Part shown: positions 24,866 through 29,491 of the stretch, piece after piece
Layout: the number at the start of each line of letters is the position of its first letter
Numbering within the stretch: the stretch's first letter is position 1
From: a virus
DNA length: 33,297 bases
Direction: 5' to 3' (one strand)
Virus record (IMG/VR): IMGVR_UViG_3300009537_000089
Location: 1 to 33,297 of that record
The notes under the pieces: model-generated
What the model saw: only the letters and a program-made list of their open reading frames with translations
Databases searched by the model: none
Told to the model about the DNA's origin: nothing
Made by a program: the position numbers and the translations under genes

Positions 24866-24945
24866 AATTTTAATTTAACCCGCAAGGGGGTGGCCAAGCA
24901 AAGGGCGCGCCAACATTGCCTAGCCACTATATTTATTATACTTCC

Positions 24946-24974
24946 ATTATACTATACATTGAAAGTAGTTGCAA
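24946..24974 (-). promoter_or_regulatory. Sigma70-type promoter TTGCAA-N17-TATAAT
   Basis: Minus strand reads tataCTTGCAActactttcaatgtatagTATAATgg. Intergenic, 73-nt leader to the SSAP gene. Confidence 0.5.
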
Positions 24975-24994
24975 GTATAATTGTGTATAACTTG

Positions 24995-25153
24995 TTAATT
25001 AATTATATCCCCGTCAAACGCGCACTCGTGTAATTCAATCATTGTTTTGTCGCAAGCATAGCATAGGCCAAAGTCCTGTATAAAATCATTTTCCTCGTCA
25101 TTTTTGGCCAACTGGCTACACTTGTTGCAAACATAGTTTGTTTGTTTTGCCAT
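24995..25153 (-). CDS. Small zinc-ribbon protein (52 aa)
   Basis: Own translation: MAKQTNYVCNKCSQLAKNDEENDFIQDFGLCYACDKTMIELHECAFDGDIIN (CNKC...CYAC). Confidence 0.45.
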   Translation of the reverse strand: MAKQTNYVCNKCSQLAKNDEENDFIQDFGLCYACDKTMIELHECAFDGDIIN

Positions 25154-25157
25154 AAAT

Positions 25158-25313
25158 TTAATTGTTAATGCTCTTTTTTAAATCTGTTAATGTAAACCAC
25201 TGCTCGTTGTTTAAGTCTTTTACAACGCCCAGTTGTTGCATTACATAGCAAAGCATTTCGCCTTGCACTTTGCTGGCCTTAGCAACCAGCTCCTCGTTGT
25301 TGTTTTTTGCCAT
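25158..25313 (-). CDS. Small hypothetical protein (51 aa)
   Basis: Own translation: MAKNNNEELVAKASKVQGEMLCYVMQQLGVVKDLNNEQWFTLTDLKKSINN. Tightly packed, 4 nt before the next start. Confidence 0.4.
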   Translation of the reverse strand: MAKNNNEELVAKASKVQGEMLCYVMQQLGVVKDLNNEQWFTLTDLKKSINN

Positions 25314-25346
25314 ACATTTTTTATTAATTATTAAGTTGCTTATTTA

Positions 25347-25362
25347 GGGCTTTTGCAAGCCC
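25347..25362 (-). other. GC hairpin with GCAA tetraloop (minus strand GGGCTT-GCAA-AAGCCC)
   Basis: Perfect 6-bp stem, intergenic. The sequence also contains TTGCAA, so a weak promoter may overlap it. Confidence 0.45.
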
Positions 25363-25375
25363 CTGTATAACCACC

Positions 25376-25540
25376 CTAGTAATCGTCGTTTACTGATACT
25401 GTTAGGCCATTGTCAATATCTTCCTTGCATAACTTGCAAGCTAGTAGTGCAAACCGTCTGCCCTCAACTATACAATAAATTTCTTTTTTTTTAATTACCT
25501 GTCTGCAAAAATCGCAAGTTAAATCGTCTGCTTTGGTCAT
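25376..25540 (-). CDS. Zinc-ribbon protein (54 aa from ATG 25540; the track gives 62 aa from a TTG at 25564)
   Basis: CDFC...CKLC. The promoter at 25575..25603 predicts a transcript start near 25568, so the first AUG (25540) is the likelier start. Confidence 0.55.
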   Translation of the reverse strand: MTKADDLTCDFCRQVIKKKEIYCIVEGRRFALLACKLCKEDIDNGLTVSVNDDY

Positions 25541-25574
25541 AATTTTGTTGTTAATGTTAATCAATTATACTTTA

Positions 25575-25603
25575 ATTATACATATATTTAAAAGGGGTGT
25601 CAA
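25575..25603 (-). promoter_or_regulatory. Perfect consensus sigma70 promoter TTGACA-N17-TATAAT, overlapping a GC hairpin
   Basis: Minus strand reads agaggggTTGACAccccttttaaatatatgTATAATtaaag. The -35 sits in the hairpin AGGGGT-TGAC-ACCCCT (25593..25608), which is followed by TTT. Confidence 0.65.
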
Positions 25604-25612
25604 CCCCTCTGA

Positions 25613-26164
25613 CTAAACGCTAACTCTAGCGGAATTATGAATATTGTCCACATCGTTGTTTTCAGAAAACCAATCAAATTTATTAGCCTCAATAGCCTCA
25701 AAATTTATCATAGCGCTTATCATATTTTTATGCACTAACACCATTTTACTAGCCATATCATCACCGCCATAAACTACCCTAAAATACTTCCAATTTGCTT
25801 TTAAATACTCTTTTAAAACTGACGTGCAAAAAATGTATACAGTATCCCGTCGGCAGTGTATCCAATAGTCAGCTTTAGTAACTGCTAGGCCACTTGGCTT
25901 GCCTTTGCACTCAAACTCAAAAGCTAAGTTATTGGTGTGGTCGCCCTTAAAATCTTGTTTAACTTCAAAAGTAGTAATTTCAACATCGCCGTTGCGTTCC
26001 TTAAAACAGCGCAAATCATAATCAGGGAAGTTGCCCTCCATTATATCAATACTACTAAAACGCAAGGTTTTCAAAAAATATTCCTTAATTTTCTTCTCAG
26101 TGCGTTGGCCAGCTAAAAGACAAGGTTGCCAATTTGTTTTAATTGTTGTGTTTGCCATAAACAT
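25613..26164 (-). CDS. PD-(D/E)XK-fold nuclease candidate (183 aa)
   Basis: FPDYDL...ITTFEVKQD gives a D...E-x-K arrangement. First gene of the early operon, in the same operon as the annealing protein. Confidence 0.4.
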   Translation of the reverse strand: MFMANTTIKTNWQPCLLAGQRTEKKIKEYFLKTLRFSSIDIMEGNFPDYDLRCFKERNGDVEITTFEVKQDFKGDHTNNLAFEFECKGKPSGLAVTKADYWIHCRRDTVYIFCTSVLKEYLKANWKYFRVVYGGDDMASKMVLVHKNMISAMINFEAIEANKFDWFSENNDVDNIHNSARVSV

Positions 26165-26299
26165 AAGTTAATAATACTAAAATTTGCATTACGCCACTTT
26201 TACCTTCTGATACGGAGAAAGTAATTGATTTAATTTATAAAATAAACATATTATTGAAATAATTTAAACTACCTCTAGTTTTATCCCAATGTATTACAG

Positions 26300-26359
26300 T
26301 TGCGATGCAATTCAGATGGCACGGACAGAGTGGCCAACTGTTTTGCCGTGCTTTCGCAA
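26300..26359. other. Nested three-stem structure in the early leader
   Basis: ttgcga/tcgcaa (26300-05 / 26354-59), gcacgg/ccgtgc (26319-24 / 26346-51), acag/ctgt (26325-28 / 26338-41), apical loop agtggccaa. Confidence 0.35.
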
Positions 26360-26444
26360 TTACACCTCAACTATATTTAGGTTAGTGGACTGGTTTTACT
26401 TGCTTAGCCCAAAAGCAAGGGTTTGTTTATTTATTTGTAATACT

Positions 26445-26474
26445 AAAAAGCCGACTGCCAAAAGGCAATCAGCT
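26445..26474 (-). terminator. Intrinsic terminator (11-bp stem incl. two G-U, UUUU loop, U tract)
   Basis: Minus strand reads AGCTGATTGCC-TTTT-GGCAGTCGGCT-TTTTAGT. The two mismatches on the plus strand become G-U pairs on the minus strand, so it is minus-oriented. Confidence 0.65.
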
Positions 26475-26533
26475 TAATAGATGATAAATAAGTCGTTAAA
26501 ACTCAAGCTTAAATTGTAGCGTTTAGTTATCAT
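26445..26533 (-). ncRNA. Candidate ~90-nt promoter-to-terminator transcript (sRNA or leader/attenuator with leaderless 19-codon ORF)
   Basis: The -10 ends at 26540, so the predicted start is about 26533, and the terminator ends at 26445. An AUG sits exactly at 26533 (MITKRYNLSLSFNDLFIIY). Its stop, 26476..26474, abuts the terminator stem. Confidence 0.3.
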
Positions 26534-26539
26534 ATTTAT

Positions 26540-26568
26540 ATTATAAAATAGGGTGTTTTTTTTGTCAA
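26540..26568 (-). promoter_or_regulatory. Perfect consensus sigma70 promoter TTGACA-N17-TATAAT with upstream A tract
   Basis: Minus strand reads cacaaaaaaacTTGACAaaaaaaacaccctatttTATAATat. Confidence 0.65.
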
Positions 26569-26590
26569 GTTTTTTTGTGCATAAACACAA

Positions 26591-26630
26591 AAGCCACTAC
26601 TGGCCGAGGAGGTAGTTGGCCGAGTGGCTT
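26591..26630 (-). other. GC-rich hairpin between the two tandem promoters
   Basis: aagccact/agtggctt (8 bp) plus an internal ggcc/ggcc pair. The minus-strand apical loop aactacctcctc contains an anti-SD-like CCUCC. Confidence 0.4.
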
Positions 26631-26702
26631 TCGTGTAAAAAAATGTAAAAAAGGGGTATCAGGGGAAATATGAATTGTTTATGGCAATAAACAACTATAC
26701 AT

Positions 26703-26730
26703 AGTATATCATAGTGTATAATTTTGTCAA
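26703..26730 (-). promoter_or_regulatory. Sigma70-type promoter TTGACA-N16-TATACT with upstream A tract
   Basis: Minus strand reads aaataaaaacTTGACAaaattatacactatgaTATACT, beginning 5 nt after the stop of the putative endolysin gene. Confidence 0.55.
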
Positions 26731-26734
26731 GTTT

Positions 26735-27769
26735 TTATTTAACTGGCTTCCAGCTTAAATCAACTTTTGGTATAGCATTCCAAATCTCTTGTTTAACACT
26801 TTTAATTTTACCTTTTATATTGCCGTCATTACGCGCAATAAACTCTTTCATAATGCGGTAATCATTAGGTTGGATTGTTTCAACAATAAGCTTTTTATCG
26901 ACATATAAGCCAATAGCTTGGTCAACTTCAGCATTTTTAATTAAAGTGTTGTTGTCAAATTTAGGAATTTTTGTTGTCGGCATAGTATTTAAGTTAATAT
27001 TTAATCTTTGCTTAGCACCCCAGTTATAGTCCCAAGCGTATTTTTTAAACATAGTTCCCTCATAAGTGTTAAAAGTTTCAAACCATTTGCCGTAATCATA
27101 ATTAACAATTAACTCAATATGAGTTGGGCTATAAGTTGTTTTTTGTATAATACCATTTTTAACTATTTTACGGCTACCAGCATATACAGCCACAACAAGT
27201 GGGGAATAGGTCATTGCCTCAATAATTTTATCTTGGTTGCCCCAAAAAACCCAATCCCAGTTAAATTTATATTTATTTAAAAACTTATCTCCTAGTTTTT
27301 CTGTATTAGCTGGCCGTTTATAATAATCAGTGCAAACCTTAATAGTATCATTAAAAGGCACTTCGTGCTCATTACAAACACCATAAAGCCTTAAAATTTC
27401 AGCAACTTTACTCATATAATTACCACGCCCGCATTTTGTTTCAGCTTTAATACCAAGGTCGCGGTCGCTAAAATTTTCTACATAGCCGTATTTTTTCTTA
27501 ATAAAAGCCTCAACCCCGTTTAATAGGCCAAAGGCAGTGCAGTTATAAGTATCAAAATACTTATTATACTGCTTTTCAAAAACAGGCAAATAAGGTCGCC
27601 ATTTGCCGTCTAATACCAAAGGCACAGCGTCAATACCTGTTATAGCGCCCATTATCCAATCCCTGTTATCGTATTGTTTTTCTAATAATAGGCCTTTTAC
27701 TGGCACAGGTAGTTTGGCTGTTTTGCGTTTAGGCTTAGCTTTTGGTTTTGTTGTCTTTTTTCTAGGCAT
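26735..27769 (-). CDS. Papain-like cysteine peptidase, putative endolysin (344 aa) with basic N-terminal tail
   Basis: Candidate catalytic Cys in DTYNCTAFG, with Gln 10 aa upstream, and His in SPTHIELIVNYD. Only lysin candidate and lies near the holin-like genes. Weak. Confidence 0.45.
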   Translation of the reverse strand: MPRKKTTKPKAKPKRKTAKLPVPVKGLLLEKQYDNRDWIMGAITGIDAVPLVLDGKWRPYLPVFEKQYNKYFDTYNCTAFGLLNGVEAFIKKKYGYVENFSDRDLGIKAETKCGRGNYMSKVAEILRLYGVCNEHEVPFNDTIKVCTDYYKRPANTEKLGDKFLNKYKFNWDWVFWGNQDKIIEAMTYSPLVVAVYAGSRKIVKNGIIQKTTYSPTHIELIVNYDYGKWFETFNTYEGTMFKKYAWDYNWGAKQRLNINLNTMPTTKIPKFDNNTLIKNAEVDQAIGLYVDKKLIVETIQPNDYRIMKEFIARNDGNIKGKIKSVKQEIWNAIPKVDLSWKPVK

Positions 27770-27779
27770 AAGTTTATTA

Positions 27780-27974
27780 TTATTTAATTATTTTCTCATA
27801 TTTTAAAAGTTCCATTATATCGTCAGTAATTTGCCATAGCATAGGTTGGTAGCCGTCATCAATAGGTATATATTCGTCAAAAAACGCAAACCGCTTATCT
27901 TTTGCTTCAACTATAATACTACTGCCAACGCCAAGCTCTACTACATCTTTAATTTTTTGTCGTAAATACTGCAT
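27780..27974 (-). CDS. Hypothetical protein (64 aa from ATG 27974)
   Basis: The GTG start given in the track (27998) lies inside the GC hairpin, so ATG 27974 (MQYLRQKIKDV...) is preferred. Confidence 0.5.
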   Translation of the reverse strand: MQYLRQKIKDVVELGVGSSIIVEAKDKRFAFFDEYIPIDDGYQPMLWQITDDIMELLKYEKIIK

Positions 27975-27986
27975 AAATTTTGGTGG

Positions 27987-28024
27987 GCGGGGTGACACGC
28001 CCTAAATCGGTAGTGCCACCCCGC
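27987..28024 (-). other. GC-rich 12-bp hairpin without U tract
   Basis: Minus strand reads GCGGGGTGGCAC-N14-GTGTCACCCCGC: 12 pairs including one G-U, whereas the plus strand would have an A-C mismatch. It is followed by ccaccaaaattt-ATG. Confidence 0.5.
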
Positions 28025-28049
28025 TTTGGTGAAAGGAGCTTTGAAAAGG

Positions 28050-28148
28050 TTAGCCCGTCCCGTCATAACCGCAGTTCCAGCATTTTTTGCCGTAGTATAC
28101 ATTTGCGCATTTTGGACATACTTTGTGTTTTAGGTCGTGTTTGTCCAT
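28050..28148 (-). CDS. Mini zinc-ribbon ORF (32 aa)
   Basis: Own translation: MDKHDLKHKVCPKCANVYYGKKCWNCGYDGTG. The start lies 1 nt after the upstream stop. Confidence 0.4.
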   Translation of the reverse strand: MDKHDLKHKVCPKCANVYYGKKCWNCGYDGTG

Positions 28149-28149
28149 T

Positions 28150-28251
28150 TTAATCACCGCCTCGTTTTGACCATTTGCTTCGTAGCCACTTAGCCCAAAT
28201 CCGCACTCGCTTCTGTTGCCTGTAAGACAGGTGTTTTTTCCAATAACTCAT
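28150..28251 (-). CDS. 33-aa Arg/Lys/Trp-rich peptide with perfect Shine-Dalgarno
   Basis: aaAGGAGGttgaaATG. Own translation: MSYWKKHLSYRQQKRVRIWAKWLRSKWSKRGGD. Confidence 0.45.
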   Translation of the reverse strand: MSYWKKHLSYRQQKRVRIWAKWLRSKWSKRGGD

Positions 28252-28253
28252 TT

Positions 28254-28442
28254 CAACCTCCTTTTAATCCTATCAATTAAATATCGTAACTTAATTGTTA
28301 ATAATATAATTAAACGCATTATTTGCCTTAAAGTTAATAAAACAAATTTATAACAATTATATATAATTAGTATTGTCATAATATAAATTATAAGGTAAAC
28401 CCAGTTGTCTTGCATAACCATACGCAACCATAAGTATAATGC
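28254..28442. other. AT-rich non-coding region with palindrome and phased repeats (candidate origin / promoter region)
   Basis: 14-bp perfect palindrome AATTATATATAATT (28355..28368). AACCATA occurs twice, 10 bp apart (28416..28422 and 28426..28432). No ORF. Confidence 0.4.
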
Positions 28443-28700
28443 TTAAAATAATAACTTAGCTAATACACCAATAAATATTGAAATAATAATCCCGCTAACT
28501 AAAATATTACGCCAAAATATAAAATTATCTTTATTAGCGTATTTATCGTCGGCGCTATCAATAAACTTATCAATTTTAACTTCCAGCTTGTCAATCCTTT
28601 TATCAAAGTTTTGTTCAATACGGCCAACAGTTGCACAAGTATCTTTTAATTTTTGGTCAATCTGCGCCATTTTTATTTCAATTTTATTAGTTGTTGCCAT
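28443..28700 (-). CDS. C-terminally membrane-anchored coiled-coil protein (85 aa), lysis-associated candidate
   Basis: Charged helical N-terminus and a single C-terminal hydrophobic helix, ILVSGIIISIFIGVLAKLLF. Confidence 0.4.
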   Translation of the reverse strand: MATTNKIEIKMAQIDQKLKDTCATVGRIEQNFDKRIDKLEVKIDKFIDSADDKYANKDNFIFWRNILVSGIIISIFIGVLAKLLF

Positions 28701-28926
28701 TGTTTTTAGCTTGGTAATTAGCGTTTAATTGTTTGCTAATTTCACCTAATATTAGCCCTAAAATGATTGTAGCACCATTAGGCAAATTAAAGTCTGCCAT
28801 ACTAGCTATAATTAAATCAATAAAGCCAGCAATAAACATCATTAAACTACGCCAGTAAAAACTTTTAAATCTATTACTAGCTAAAACACTAATAATGGTT
28901 TTAAATACTTTTTTAATTTGTTTCAT
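28687..28926 (-). CDS. Holin-like protein with two hydrophobic segments (79 aa)
   Basis: SLMMFIAGFIDLIIASMA and ATIILGLILGEI with a polar C-terminus. Small size and position near the lysis region. Confidence 0.45.
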   Translation of the reverse strand: MKQIKKVFKTIISVLASNRFKSFYWRSLMMFIAGFIDLIIASMADFNLPNGATIILGLILGEISKQLNANYQAKNNGNN

Positions 28927-28945
28927 AATTTTAAATTAATAATAA

Positions 28946-29473
28946 TTATTCAATTATAACGCTATCATCAACCTCAACAAGCCCACAATTTTTAAACAAA
29001 ACCCTATTCCAAATATCTTGAAAGTTTTTACGCACTTGATAAACTTCTTCAACAGGCAACTCGTCTTGCCTTTGTATTTTAGAAAAAGTCTCAAGCTTTA
29101 TATTGTCATAATTTTCAGGCGTAACTTCGTAGCAATTATCATCGCTAAACTGTAAAGCTTGCGTTGTGCTAATAACGCCATTTTGCACTTCAACTTTTTG
29201 TATCTCGCAACCCAATTTAACCATAGGGGCTTCCTCAACTTCACTTTCCTCAATTTTTTCAATCATTTTTTGAAAAATAGTTTCAGGTGTTGCGTCAGTA
29301 ATTGTAAAATAACAAGCTTCATTTTTAAGTGAATTGTCATAAACTAAAACCCCACCACTTATAAGCGCAGCAACAGTCGCAGTAGCTAAACTTTTTTTAA
29401 CAACTTTACTTTCCTTAGCTTTTTCAGGCAAGCTTTTTAAATATTCAGCAATTTTGTCTGGTATTAAAAACAT
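28946..29473 (-). CDS. N-terminally membrane-anchored hypothetical protein (175 aa)
   Basis: Hydrophobic segment SLATATVAALISGGVLVY near the N-terminus. No other motif. Confidence 0.5.
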   Translation of the reverse strand: MFLIPDKIAEYLKSLPEKAKESKVVKKSLATATVAALISGGVLVYDNSLKNEACYFTITDATPETIFQKMIEKIEESEVEEAPMVKLGCEIQKVEVQNGVISTTQALQFSDDNCYEVTPENYDNIKLETFSKIQRQDELPVEEVYQVRKNFQDIWNRVLFKNCGLVEVDDSVIIE

Positions 29474-29491
29474 AATTTTATTAGTTAATCA

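Noticed and set aside
24893-24920. GGCGCGCC (8-bp GC palindrome) and TGGCCA palindromes in the SSAP leader as restriction-related or operator sites
   Set aside because: These are single occurrences. I cannot assess palindrome avoidance or enrichment without counting, so they are only mentioned here as possible operators.
26289-26477. 62-aa plus-strand ORF in the non-coding hub
   Set aside because: It has no RBS. It runs through the nested stem structure and both terminator hairpins, and its composition is odd and Cys/Phe-rich. The region is better explained as regulatory RNA/DNA. A plus-strand non-coding transcript remains possible (see findings).
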